Source: a virus
DNA: 64,000 nt
Reading direction: 5' to 3' (one strand)
Virus record (IMG/VR): IMGVR_UViG_3300047476_001402
Span: 1 to 64,000 of that record
Shown here: positions 30,893 through 41,500 of the stretch, one piece after another
How positions within the stretch are numbered: the first letter of the stretch is position 1
Layout of the letters: every line of letters starts with the position of its first letter
Notes under the pieces: model-generated
What the model saw: the letters and a program-made list of their open reading frames with translations, nothing else
Database searches by the model: none
What the model was told of the DNA's origin: nothing
Program-made: the position numbers and the translations under genes

Positions 30893-31065
30893 GCGGGGGT
30901 AGCTCAGTGGTAGAGCGCATACCGAAAGGTATCCAAAACAAAGGCGATAAAAACATTGAACGAAAGTGGGTAACAAGTTGGCGGATTGGTCACATCTTCT
31001 AAATTTTCGAAATAAGAAGATAACATGTGAGAGGTCGGAGGTTCAATCCCTTCCCCTTCGCACCA
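30893..31065 (+). ncRNA. 173-nt tRNA-like RNA with about 100 nt replacing the anticodon arm
   Basis: GCGGGGG-TAGCTCAGTGGTAGAGCG (5' half) ... GAGGTC-GGAGGTTCAATCCCTTC-CCCTTCGC-ACCA (3' half); TTGACA promoter at 30854. Confidence 0.85.
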
Positions 31066-32214
31066 AATTTTAAAAATAAAAAGAAATGCCAGTTAAAATA
31101 AACAGAAATCTTAAAGAAACTGAATGTTCTCTGTACGGCCCTGATGGTTCCTTTATAGGAATCATAGATTCAGAAATTATTCTGAATGATGTTCGTCTTC
31201 AAATTAAAAGACAACAATTAGAAGGATATTACATTATTTTCGAGAATAATAAAATTACCATTCATCTCAATGGTAAATTAAACCACTGGCCTAATGGTTT
31301 TTTTAGAACTTGGACGGATCAACTTTTCGAATTACTTTGATATGAAATTAAAAGATAGTATAGCCATTCCTCTCCTTCCTGCATTTCCGCCTAATAGAGC
31401 GGATAATTTCAACGAAGAGAAGATGGAACAATACGTGAATGCTGTAATCGAATCCGAATTGGAGGAACTTCGAAAAATACGAGGTGTTATACTAGATAGT
31501 GGAATTCGATTTTCTGGCGAATATAGAAGTGCTAGTGAACGAATTAAATTCATTCTAGAAAAATATAAAAGCCTCGAAACAGAATTAAATTCTATTAAAG
31601 ACGGTATTAAACGTAATAGTATGACAACTGTCGTGGACGGTAATGATATGTGTGATTGGGGGTGGACAAATATCGAAGGTTTACATGCTAATTTGCGAAG
31701 TGGTCGATACGATTATATTATAAATTCCAAAAAAGACTCTTAATGAACTGTTTACTATTTTATAATGGAAAAGATCCTGCATTTTCTATCTGGGATGACA
31801 ATATGGATGCATGTATGACGTTGGTTCGTGCAATGAAACGTATTGGATGGAAATTCGTATGGACTGTCCACACCTCTACCGGTTCTTGGCCTTTGCCAAG
31901 ATATGAGAAAGAATACGAAGAATGGAAGAAATTGGAATAATTAACAGACAACGGACCAGAAACTATATATTTGCATCAATTTATCAAAAAAGTAACAGAC
32001 GATGAATTGTCAAATATCCGTTTTCTCTGATACGGAAATTGGAATTTTATGAGAATAATACCCATTGATGTAATTAAATCTACTCGTAAACGCGCACGTA
32101 TCATTTATTATATCGGTCGTAAAAATAATAATAAAAAGATGTTAGATTTTAGTTACATATTATTTCAACATGTTGATAGTATGATTCAAACTAATAGGTG
32201 GCTGACGAAAAAAT

Positions 32215-32664
32215 ATGAAAACGCTGGTAACGGGGCACCGACTACATAAACTCCAACAGTATGATATGGATTGGATTCGTTATGTCGGAATTATTGCAGC
32301 ATTATCAGACACGTTTCTAAGAAATACTACATACGGTCTTTCAGGAATGGCGAGTGGTGTAGATTTGTGGTTTTGTGAGGAACTTATATATAGGAAGATT
32401 CCATATACTGCGTGTATACCATTTGATGGGCAAGAGGATACCATGGACGAGGGTTCCAAGAAAGACCGTGAATTTCTAATTGAAAGTGCCTCTAAAATTT
32501 TGAAGTGTAAGAATTCAGCAATGGTTGAAAAAGCGGATGCAGCATTAGTGGTTTTCGACGGAAATAAAGGCGGTACCCATAATGTATTTCAACAATTGAT
32601 TGAACATAAAAAACCCTTTGTATGGATTAATCCAGTTGGTCAAAAAGTCTGGGAAATGACTTGA
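32215..32664 (+). CDS. SLOG-family (YspA-like) protein
   Basis: VTGHR, SGMASGVD, CIPF..Q, N..MV..AD..L.VFDG..GGT. Confidence 0.75.
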   Translation: MKTLVTGHRLHKLQQYDMDWIRYVGIIAALSDTFLRNTTYGLSGMASGVDLWFCEELIYRKIPYTACIPFDGQEDTMDEGSKKDREFLIESASKILKCKNSAMVEKADAALVVFDGNKGGTHNVFQQLIEHKKPFVWINPVGQKVWEMT

Positions 32665-33512
32665 CTAACAAATAACAACATGTAATGTCTCTTATGACTG
32701 GACCACTTATCTTCTTTATCATTGCAATTATTGCACTACCGTTTTCGATCTATTTAACATTTAAAACAGATCATCCATTTTTTGTACTTGGATCAATGAT
32801 CCTCGGTGCATCATTTATATGTTGCGTTTTCTTTCCTGTAAAAACGGCATATGAACCGATTGTATATAAAGCAGAATCTACATCGTTCAAAGTTTTTGCT
32901 ATTACTGATGAAAAAGTTTTCGAATCAGATAAGAAAATCGATTTTCATAATTGGACTTCGGGGAAGGAAGGATACTTATATGTCGAATATAATAGCTTTG
33001 GTAGTATAATAACAAAAAGTTTCACAACAGAAAAACCAGAAAATGAAAAATAATATTCAAAAACTCATTCAGATATTCAGTACACCAGGAAACCGTTGCA
33101 AAGGTTCATATGAACGCGGAGGAAGGTATTGCCTCCTCGGTGCCATGAGCAATCTTTTAACTGTTGAAGATAATTATGAACTCAAAAAATACCTTGAAGG
33201 TAAATTAGGAGAATTTGTGTTACAATTTAACAGTTATAATGTTAATAAAATCAATATTGATAAGGAGAACACTGGAAAGGTGAATCTTAATCTTGCAACA
33301 TTTAATGATAATGTCGAAGATAAAACCCTCATTGAGTTCTTGACTTTCTGCAAAAAAACTCTACCTTAATACACCAATGGAGACACTTATTAATATCATT
33401 CAAGAATTACTAGCCATGTACGGATTCCTAGGAATCATGGCATTATCGGCACTAATCCCGATCACTATCGGAGTGTTTATCATCAAAATGACCGAGGAAA
33501 AGAAATAATTAT

Positions 33513-34475
33513 ATGAAACCTGTAGAAAAAAAGAGAGAAGTTGGAGTAATTATTGGGCGCTTCCAAGTCCATGAACTTCATGATGCACATAAAGATTTGA
33601 TTCAAAGTGTGTTGAATCGTCATGCACGGGTTATCATCTTCCTTGGATGTTCGCCAATTAAGAATACCCTAAATAATCCGATTGATTTTAAACATCGTGC
33701 GGCAATGATTAAAGAAGTATTTCCTGATGTGGAAATCTTTAAAGTTGATGATAACCGTAGTAATGAAGTATGGTCGAAGAATCTTGATAAAATGGTTCGG
33801 GATTTACTTCCCCCTGGACAAACCGCGACTCTTTACGGAAGCCGTGATAGCTTTCTGAATGCATATAGCGGAAAGATTCATACCTGTGAATTGGAATCTG
33901 AAATCTTTGTTTCTGCAACACAAGTACGGAAACAAATCATGGTGAATTATCCTTCGAGTAAGGATTATCGTGCAGGATTGATTGCTGCGACTGGTATGCA
34001 TTATCCTACTGCATTCCAAACTGTGGATTGTGCAATTATTAACTTTGATACGAATGAGCTTCTACTTGTTCGTAAACCTGGAGAGACTAAATGGCGTTTT
34101 GTAGGGGGTTTTAGTGATCCTACTAGTGAAAGCCTAGAGCAAGATGCAAAGCGCGAGGTAATGGAAGAAACAGGCGTAGAAGTAGACGATATTAAGTATA
34201 TTGGTAGTACTAAAATTAAAGATTGGAGATTTCGTTCGGGTAAAGATTGTATTAAAACTGCATTCTTTTCTGCGAAATATATATTTGGTCAACCTGAAGG
34301 TGCCGATGATGTCGAAGCTGCAAAATGGGTTAGTATCGCTAAACCGTTGGATAAAAATGATATTGTTGAAGAGCATCACGTTCTAGTTGATATGTTCAAT
34401 AAAAGTTTTAAATATCGGATGAATGATCATCTGAATGACCTTGTTCAGAAATTGGTGGCTAGTGAATCGAAATAG
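33513..34475 (+). CDS. nadM: bifunctional NMN adenylyltransferase / ADP-ribose Nudix hydrolase
   Basis: IGRFQ..ELH.AH, NP, SATQVR, and Nudix box GGF...E.....AKREVMEETG. Confidence 0.9.
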   Translation: MKPVEKKREVGVIIGRFQVHELHDAHKDLIQSVLNRHARVIIFLGCSPIKNTLNNPIDFKHRAAMIKEVFPDVEIFKVDDNRSNEVWSKNLDKMVRDLLPPGQTATLYGSRDSFLNAYSGKIHTCELESEIFVSATQVRKQIMVNYPSSKDYRAGLIAATGMHYPTAFQTVDCAIINFDTNELLLVRKPGETKWRFVGGFSDPTSESLEQDAKREVMEETGVEVDDIKYIGSTKIKDWRFRSGKDCIKTAFFSAKYIFGQPEGADDVEAAKWVSIAKPLDKNDIVEEHHVLVDMFNKSFKYRMNDHLNDLVQKLVASESK

Positions 34476-35838
34476 ATGAACAAACTAACTAAAATCAAAG
34501 AATTCTGTAAAGAGACTATTCGACTTGCAAATAATGCAACGGCAGAGCCGTGGTATGGCGCATATGCGGGTATTTTCACATCAAATGTTGAAAGAAACTC
34601 AAAGGATGATGTAACGGAAAATGGTGAATATCCTGTAGGAGATTTCATGTATGTGGTGGGGAGTGTAGAAGTTGCGGCGGGAGATACCCCTACAACAGAA
34701 GGCGCACATAACAGTCATTTTATTTGTTATTCTCGAACATTTTCCCCTCTTGCCGCACAATCGTTACTAATTCTGATTGAATATTTAGAGGATGCAGTAA
34801 AGCACTGCAATGTTCCTGAAGGTCAAAGAGCAATAGCAGCATTAAAATCTCTCGAAAATCTTTGGCCTGATAGAATTGAACATTAGAAATATGTATCATA
34901 TAGTATTTTTGATATTACTTGCATTAATATTTCCTATATTATCTCCATTTTCAGAGTTCGTCCTGATTGCATTAAGTGTTTTCGAAATCATAATATTCTC
35001 AACATTTTTAATTTTGAGTAGTATGTTTCCTTTACAAACTGCGGTGCTAGTGCGTAATAATTTCGAAGATGTGGATGAAGAGCCACCTGATATATGGGGT
35101 GATAATATGATTTGTGTACTTTTACTCGGAGTCTTGTATTTCTTCAACCGTGAAACACTTCTATACTATATGGTTGTTCAGATGTTTGCACAGAATCTAT
35201 ATCATCAAACAGTCTTATTTATAAATAACATACGAAAATGACAAAACATCATATTGTTGATCATAATACCGAACTGAAACATGGTGACTTTGTTATCGTG
35301 AAGGGTGAATGGGCTGAAATTTACCTTATAACAGAAGAGAACGGAATCAACACGTCTCGTGGATGGATTTGTCGTACTGAGTTACAGAACTGGCAACCTA
35401 ACCCAGATATTCCTGTTTGGATTGTCTGTGCTGCCTGCAAACATAAGGAAACTGGTATTATTTTTTGTGGTGCAAGACATTTTGACGATGTAATGCGTTC
35501 CCAGATCAAGGCTACTGGATTCAAATTTACAGGGTATGATCAAGGATTTATCGATCAATATGGAAGATTTTATAACCGAAAAGATGCATGGATTATTGCC
35601 GAAAAGAATAACCAAATCAAAAGAAATGTATCAACCTCTGGCACTTTAAAAAGCGAAAATCTATATTAATTATGAAAGTTAGACTTGCTGAAAAAATATT
35701 AACTATGAAATCTTCTTTATATAAGAAGCCTCATAAATTAGAAGAAGCACGTAAAACTATGAAAAATAAGCATAATTGGATGATACTCCCCTTAGTTAAA
35801 CCTTGACAACCTTCAGACCTTTGCTATACTAAAGACCT

Positions 35839-37263
35839 ATGAGAGCACCTACCGACATCGACCTTAATAATATTTGCCTACTTACCGATTCCTATAAATT
35901 AGGACACTTTGATATGGTAACTGATGATACCCAAAACGGATATGCATATTTCGAATCCCGAAATGGTGCAAAATACCCATTTACTAATTTCTATGGTCTT
36001 CAGATTATCCTTAAGAAACACCTCGAAGGTCCGGTAGTAACTAAAGATCGTATTGATGAGGCAGAAGAGTTTTCCCATGCGCATTTTGGTGTTGAAAAAT
36101 ATAATCGCCAAATGTGGGAGTATATTGTTAATAAACATGGTGGTTATCTTCCAATTAAAATTAGAGCGGTCCCAGAAGGTGCAGTAGTACCTATTAGTCA
36201 TCCTCTTATGGCTATCACTCTCACTGATGATAATATCCCCAAAGGTGGCGTACTTTATAATCATTTCGAAACAATTTTAACTCACGTATGGTATCCTTCA
36301 AATATCGCGACTATCGGTTTTGATATGAAGCAGTTTATGAAAGATAAACTGGAAATTGGCGCTGATAATATGGATGTATTGGCATTTCTTTTGCATTGCT
36401 TTGGATACCGGGCTGCAACATGTGTAGATGCGGCTGGTATTGGTGGTTCAGCTCATTTAGTAAATTTTATGGGCACTGATACTATCCAGGGTGTTCAATT
36501 TGCACGAAAATATTATAACACCCGTGAAATGCTCGGTTTTTCTGTTTTTGCGAACGAACATAATGTAAAAACTTCATTAGGTCGGGAAGGAGAACATCTT
36601 ATCACACGGAGATTTTTGGAAAAATATCCAAATGGTATTATTAGTGATGTTCAAGACAGTTATAGTATTGAAGATTCGATTAATTATATTGGTACCAATC
36701 TAAACAATGAGATTCTTGCTCGTAATGGAAAATATGTCTTCCGTCCCGATAGTCCTCGTTTTAAAGGTGATACTCCTAAGGATCAAATTCTTTGGATTGC
36801 GCAAACGCTCAAACATTATTTTGGTGAATTCTTCAATAAGAAGGGATTCAAAACCCTTAATCCAAAGGTTGGGACTATCTACGGTGACGGACTTTCTACT
36901 GAAGAAATTAAGGATTCTATTGTCAATCTTATGGATAATGGTTATAGTCCTGATACATCTGTTTATGGGCAAGGTGGAGGGTTGATGCAAAAGCATAACC
37001 GCGACACTCAGCGCAATGCATTCAAAGGTTCTGCCCATAAACGTGATGGAGTGTGGTACGATGTCTATAAAGATCCTACAGATAAGAGTAAAGCTAGTAA
37101 ACGTGGTAGAGTCGAAACTTTCCGTGATAAAGATGGTAATTTCTTTGTTGGACTCGAAGGTGAATACGAGCCTTATATGAATACCGTCTTTGAAAATGGT
37201 GTTATTACCAAAGAATATACATTCCAAGAAGTTCGTGAAACCGCAGCATCTTTCCTAAAATAA
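35839..37263 (+). CDS. nadV: nicotinamide phosphoribosyltransferase (NAMPT)
   Basis: TDSYK..H, AVPEG, VWYP, AHLVNF.GTDT, EH, RPDS, YGDG, NRDT, K.SKRG. Confidence 0.92.
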   Translation: MRAPTDIDLNNICLLTDSYKLGHFDMVTDDTQNGYAYFESRNGAKYPFTNFYGLQIILKKHLEGPVVTKDRIDEAEEFSHAHFGVEKYNRQMWEYIVNKHGGYLPIKIRAVPEGAVVPISHPLMAITLTDDNIPKGGVLYNHFETILTHVWYPSNIATIGFDMKQFMKDKLEIGADNMDVLAFLLHCFGYRAATCVDAAGIGGSAHLVNFMGTDTIQGVQFARKYYNTREMLGFSVFANEHNVKTSLGREGEHLITRRFLEKYPNGIISDVQDSYSIEDSINYIGTNLNNEILARNGKYVFRPDSPRFKGDTPKDQILWIAQTLKHYFGEFFNKKGFKTLNPKVGTIYGDGLSTEEIKDSIVNLMDNGYSPDTSVYGQGGGLMQKHNRDTQRNAFKGSAHKRDGVWYDVYKDPTDKSKASKRGRVETFRDKDGNFFVGLEGEYEPYMNTVFENGVITKEYTFQEVRETAASFLK

Positions 37264-37269
37264 AAACAT

Positions 37270-37902
37270 ATGTTAAAATATATTAAAACCGCATGGCTAA
37301 AGCATAAGATTGATCGTGTCAATCTTCTTCTATCAGATGAAAATGATTATAATTTCAAATTGTCTTTTAGAAAAAAACATCCTGAACATACTGGCATTCT
37401 TTCAAGTCTTATTGAGGATTATAAGAATTTCATGTTCCTTGCTGCCTCCTCTGACGAGGAGTGTACTCCTTCAAAAGCAGTAGATGATATTTGGCACCAT
37501 CACATTCTACATACTAAGGATTATTTCGATCATTGGTGTAAAAATGTTATCGGAAAAACCATCCATCATAATCCTGAAAAACCTGAAGATAATAAGGATT
37601 ATTCTAAACAATTCAAAGAAACCAATAAAAAATTAGGGGCCATTAAAAATAACAATCTATCTAAAAATTCTGATCTAAGTGATACTCCTCTGGATACTTT
37701 CACAGATGTTAACATGCTACTAATTGACAGTCTTTTAGATGCTAAATCACATTCTCATGATAATAGTGAGAATGCCGATAACAGTGGTAGTTCATCATCC
37801 AGTTATGATAGTGGTAGTTCATCATCCAGCTTCAGTAGCTGCTCAAGTAGTAGTTCATCAAGCTGCTCAAGTAGTAGTTGTGGGGGCGGAGGTGGAGACT
37901 GA
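37270..37902 (+). CDS. glycine-rich domain-containing protein with Ser/Cys/Gly tail
   Basis: PS..VD.IWH.HIL.T.DY...C....G..IHH.P and C-terminal SSCSSSS..CGGGGGD. Confidence 0.7.
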   Translation: MLKYIKTAWLKHKIDRVNLLLSDENDYNFKLSFRKKHPEHTGILSSLIEDYKNFMFLAASSDEECTPSKAVDDIWHHHILHTKDYFDHWCKNVIGKTIHHNPEKPEDNKDYSKQFKETNKKLGAIKNNNLSKNSDLSDTPLDTFTDVNMLLIDSLLDAKSHSHDNSENADNSGSSSSSYDSGSSSSSFSSCSSSSSSSCSSSSCGGGGGD

Positions 37903-37939
37903 TGCTGTAAATTCGTATCTATCTGATAAATAGATATGA

Positions 37940-38620
37940 ATGTCTCAAATTAAAACTTCTGAATTATCCAGTGTAGACGCACTCACCCTGAGTAGCGTCT
38001 ACTTTGTTGTTTTAGATGAACAAAACACTGTTCAAACATCCTCTGGATCTACTGTCAAAATAAACGGAAACGATGTTGCTTTGTCGTTTTGGGGACTTTC
38101 TTCGGATTATATTCCTAATATAAATTATAGCAGTAGTCTTTCTGCTTCATGGCAAAACACAACAACAGTTGTGAATAGTAATAGTAGTTCGTGGGCAACT
38201 AGTGTACCATCAGGAGGTTCAACAAATCAGATTCTTCAAAAAAATAGTTCGACCGATAATGATGCTTCTTGGAAAAATAAAAGAACTACAGTCACTTTAC
38301 CTACACTAAGCGGTTCTGGTCTTAGAAGTATAAGTTCTAATGCACTATCGGCGGATCAATTCGTAGTTCTGCTTAGTGGTGCTTCACTATCTGCCGCAAT
38401 TGAAGCACCGACAAATCCGTATGATTCTCAGATTATAATGTGGAATCTAAGATATGTAACAAATATCTTAGGCGTTTCGGCAGCACCTAACTTTAGATTA
38501 CCGATCACCACACTTCAGTGGTCAATATCCTCTTCCCGAATGGATATAATGACAGCTAAATATAACCTTTTAGATAACAAATGGGATGTTATCGGATTTT
38601 CACCTGGATATATAATTTAA
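37940..38620 (+). CDS. Ser/Thr-rich putative virion protein
   Basis: MSQIKTSEL start, GG.TNQIL.K.S.TD.D.SW motif, KWDVIGF end; late-promoter motif upstream. Confidence 0.55.
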   Translation: MSQIKTSELSSVDALTLSSVYFVVLDEQNTVQTSSGSTVKINGNDVALSFWGLSSDYIPNINYSSSLSASWQNTTTVVNSNSSSWATSVPSGGSTNQILQKNSSTDNDASWKNKRTTVTLPTLSGSGLRSISSNALSADQFVVLLSGASLSAAIEAPTNPYDSQIIMWNLRYVTNILGVSAAPNFRLPITTLQWSISSSRMDIMTAKYNLLDNKWDVIGFSPGYII

Positions 38621-38622
38621 TT

Positions 38623-39543
38623 ATGGCTGATGCATATTTTTCTGTTTTTGTAGATACTGATATAAACAATTCTTTGAATTGGTTCGCGGATGAAAGTCTT
38701 ACCACACCATATGGTAGTGTTCCTAATTTTGATGCTGCGGGACTGGAAATTCAAATAGGAAATGGTTCTGAATTGGTTACTTGTAATATGACTAGTGAGA
38801 CCTTTGGTGCCAATCTTACCGTGGCACTAAATGCAGTATTAAATGCTAGTGGTGATATTACTAATAACGGAATATGCACTGTTCATGGAGAAATGACTAT
38901 GAACGGAGTATTCACAAATAATGCCACCTTCTACAACCACGGAACATATAATAGCTCGGGTAATTTTATTAATTATAGCAATAGCAATTTTTCTAATTAT
39001 GGCATTTTTAATAACTATGCTGCATTAAGTATGAGTGATGGTAGTAGCACTTGCAACAATTCGGGTACCTTGAACAACTATTCTTCTTTTATTCTTTTTG
39101 AAGATTTTACAAACACAGGAACGGTAAACAGTACGTCGTCCATACTATTGTCTGCCATATTCAACAATCAATCTGTTTTATATCTGTCATCAGGTACTCT
39201 TACAAACAATTCAAGCCTTAACAACGGTAGTAGTGGTATTATTACTGTTGGCGAGGGGGCCACCATAACATCCTCCGCAGAAATAATAAACTCAGGATCT
39301 ATAATAAACTCAGGTTCCATTCTAATCACTAATGGAATATTTGATAACAGATATCAAAGCTCTGTGGTTAATAACAATATCTTATCTATATCGTTTGGGG
39401 CTCGTCTTTCGATCACTTCAGGAACAAGCTCTATATTTACAAACAACGGCGCATTTACATTCCACTCTGAGACCAACAGATTCAAAGGACGTGTGTATCC
39501 ACAAATTCCTTCTTCCGCATCATGGGGTAATATTTTCATTTAA
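38623..39543 (+). CDS. Asn-rich beta-helix repeat protein (start moved to MADAY)
   Basis: Repeated xxNxG/TNNG turns. Confidence 0.6.
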   Translation: MADAYFSVFVDTDINNSLNWFADESLTTPYGSVPNFDAAGLEIQIGNGSELVTCNMTSETFGANLTVALNAVLNASGDITNNGICTVHGEMTMNGVFTNNATFYNHGTYNSSGNFINYSNSNFSNYGIFNNYAALSMSDGSSTCNNSGTLNNYSSFILFEDFTNTGTVNSTSSILLSAIFNNQSVLYLSSGTLTNNSSLNNGSSGIITVGEGATITSSAEIINSGSIINSGSILITNGIFDNRYQSSVVNNNILSISFGARLSITSGTSSIFTNNGAFTFHSETNRFKGRVYPQIPSSASWGNIFI

Positions 39544-39563
39544 TTTGACAAGGCGATAATACC

Positions 39564-40349
39564 ATGGTATTATCGCCTATGAAAGTCGTCGTTATTGGAG
39601 ATAATTATATAGGAACCGCATTTTCTTCTTATGAAGTACTGGATCATCATGATTTGGTTCTTTGTGATAGTTTTAGAGAGCGTTTTTCGGACGTTGATAT
39701 TTTTATATATGCAGTAGATAATAAAGTTAATAGAATAGAAATTAACAGCAAAGATAATTTTCTTTTGTTGTATAGATTTACAGAATTCTGTAAAAAATTT
39801 GGAAAAAAATTAGTTCTAATATCTACTGCCGATTTGTATGGAAATAATTGGGATTGGGAGCATCAAACCACTGAAGATTCTACGGCGTTAGACATGAACA
39901 CAGACTATCGCTTATCTAAGAGAGTAGCTGAGAGAATGATGAGACCTCATGATATTATCATAAGAATTAAAAATCCTTTCGATTGTAGATTACACGATGA
40001 AAATACATTACTCAAAATATACAAAAAAACCGATCTTTGTAATTGGCAAGATTCATTTACATATCTTCCCGACTTAACTAAAAGTGTTGAGTATCTATTG
40101 AATAATAATATGTCTGGTATATACAATGTAGCACAATTCGAATGCGCATCTATGGTATACATTTCTAATCTATTACAAATGTCCCACAGTGATACAAATA
40201 CTGGAGACATACTCGATTTGGTTAACGTCTGTGCAGATGTGAACTGTTCAAAAATCAAACAGTTTGTAGATCTAACATCTTTAGATGCTGCACTGTCGGT
40301 ATCTTGGCAAAAACTGCTTGCTAAAATGACATTACGTGCTAATATGTAA
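39564..40349 (+). CDS. degenerate NAD-dependent epimerase / rhamnose reductase-like SDR
   Basis: VVIG..YIG, ISTA.LY, YRLSK (YxxxK), GIYNV. Confidence 0.65.
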   Translation: MVLSPMKVVVIGDNYIGTAFSSYEVLDHHDLVLCDSFRERFSDVDIFIYAVDNKVNRIEINSKDNFLLLYRFTEFCKKFGKKLVLISTADLYGNNWDWEHQTTEDSTALDMNTDYRLSKRVAERMMRPHDIIIRIKNPFDCRLHDENTLLKIYKKTDLCNWQDSFTYLPDLTKSVEYLLNNNMSGIYNVAQFECASMVYISNLLQMSHSDTNTGDILDLVNVCADVNCSKIKQFVDLTSLDAALSVSWQKLLAKMTLRANM

Positions 40350-40718
40350 CATGGAAGAACAATACACCTCTGATATGATTGAGCCTTATTACGACGATTT
40401 TTATAAAAATCCGTTTCGAAGAACATATGAGAATTTAATATTTCGAATACTTGTCAAAATTGATCTGTATATACAGTATTATACAAGCGATGGCTATTTC
40501 CAGAGATTCGTAGAAAAACTAATCATCAAAAGAGAAGCCAGTCTACACAAACAAAGAAAAATCCAAGAGATAAGAAATACTGTACATTCCTATAGAACAG
40601 CATTTCAGAGATTCAACACTCCTAGCCGACCTACTTGTTTTGATCAAACTCCTGCGGGAGATCTTATCAGGGCTCGTATCAATTGCAAAACAAATAGGGA
40701 TATCGTAATAAAGAACTG

Positions 40719-41069
40719 ATGACTAAATATAAATTTATATACATTGCTGGCCCGATGACAGGATATGAGAGTTTCAATTATCCTGCATTTGAAAAAATGG
40801 AAAAACAATTGATTGATGCATTTTGGTGTAAGCCAGACAATATTCTGAATCCAATAAGAATTGCGGACGGTGATACGACAAAGCCCTATAGTTTTTACAT
40901 TCGCGAATCTATCAAGATGATTGAGAATGCAACAGATGTAGTGTTTCTCGACGGATGGGAGAAAAGTAAAGGCGCTGTATTAGAATACCATATTGCAAAG
41001 ACTATGGGTCTTAATATGCTTGATCAGAACCTTTATCCACTACCAGAAAACTTAACATTTACAATTTAA
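40719..41069 (+). CDS. DUF4406 / nucleoside deoxyribosyltransferase-like protein
   Basis: IYIAGPMTG...FN.PAF, LNP, LDGWEKSKGA.LE. Confidence 0.8.
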   Translation: MTKYKFIYIAGPMTGYESFNYPAFEKMEKQLIDAFWCKPDNILNPIRIADGDTTKPYSFYIRESIKMIENATDVVFLDGWEKSKGAVLEYHIAKTMGLNMLDQNLYPLPENLTFTI

Positions 41070-41078
41070 CAATTTAAT

Positions 41079-41489
41079 ATGTCTGATGTAAAACAAGTAA
41101 TTGTAATTCGTGCTGATTTGAATATGCGAAAAGGCAAAATCGCATCTCAAGCAGCACATGCATCCATGGGTATATTTTTTAAAGCATTGATCCCATCACA
41201 TACCTTCCACCGAGAAGAAAAATATATAGATCATTGGGAATTGCCCAATGACAAGTATTTTGAAGATTTTATTAATGGACGATTCAAGAAAATCGTGGTT
41301 TATGTGAATTCTGAAGAAGAACTTCTTGCTATTCATAAACAAGCATTCGACAAACAAATTCATTGTAGTCTTATTAAGGATGCAGGTCTTACTGAATTCG
41401 GCGGAATTCCTACATATACTGCTGTTGGAATTGGTCCTTGGGACTCGAAAGAAATTGACGAAATTACTGGACATCTCAAACTTCTATAG
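41079..41489 (+). CDS. pth2: peptidyl-tRNA hydrolase, Pth2 type
   Basis: KQVIV.R.DL.M.KGK.A.Q.AHA, DAG.TE, T.VGIGP, ID.ITGHLKLL. Confidence 0.93.
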   Translation: MSDVKQVIVIRADLNMRKGKIASQAAHASMGIFFKALIPSHTFHREEKYIDHWELPNDKYFEDFINGRFKKIVVYVNSEEELLAIHKQAFDKQIHCSLIKDAGLTEFGGIPTYTAVGIGPWDSKEIDEITGHLKLL

Positions 41490-41500
41490 TAGGGTCTAAC

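Noticed and set aside
23736-31065. tmRNA or group I intron-containing tRNA for the two expanded tRNA-like genes
   Set aside because: At 167-173 nt they are too short, and I see no tag ORF, group I core or re-formable anticodon arm.
37778-37899. Short tandem duplications (AGTGGTAGTTCATCATCCAG twice; AGCTGCTCAAGTAGTAGTT twice)
   Set aside because: Explained by the low-complexity Ser/Cys/Gly protein tail.
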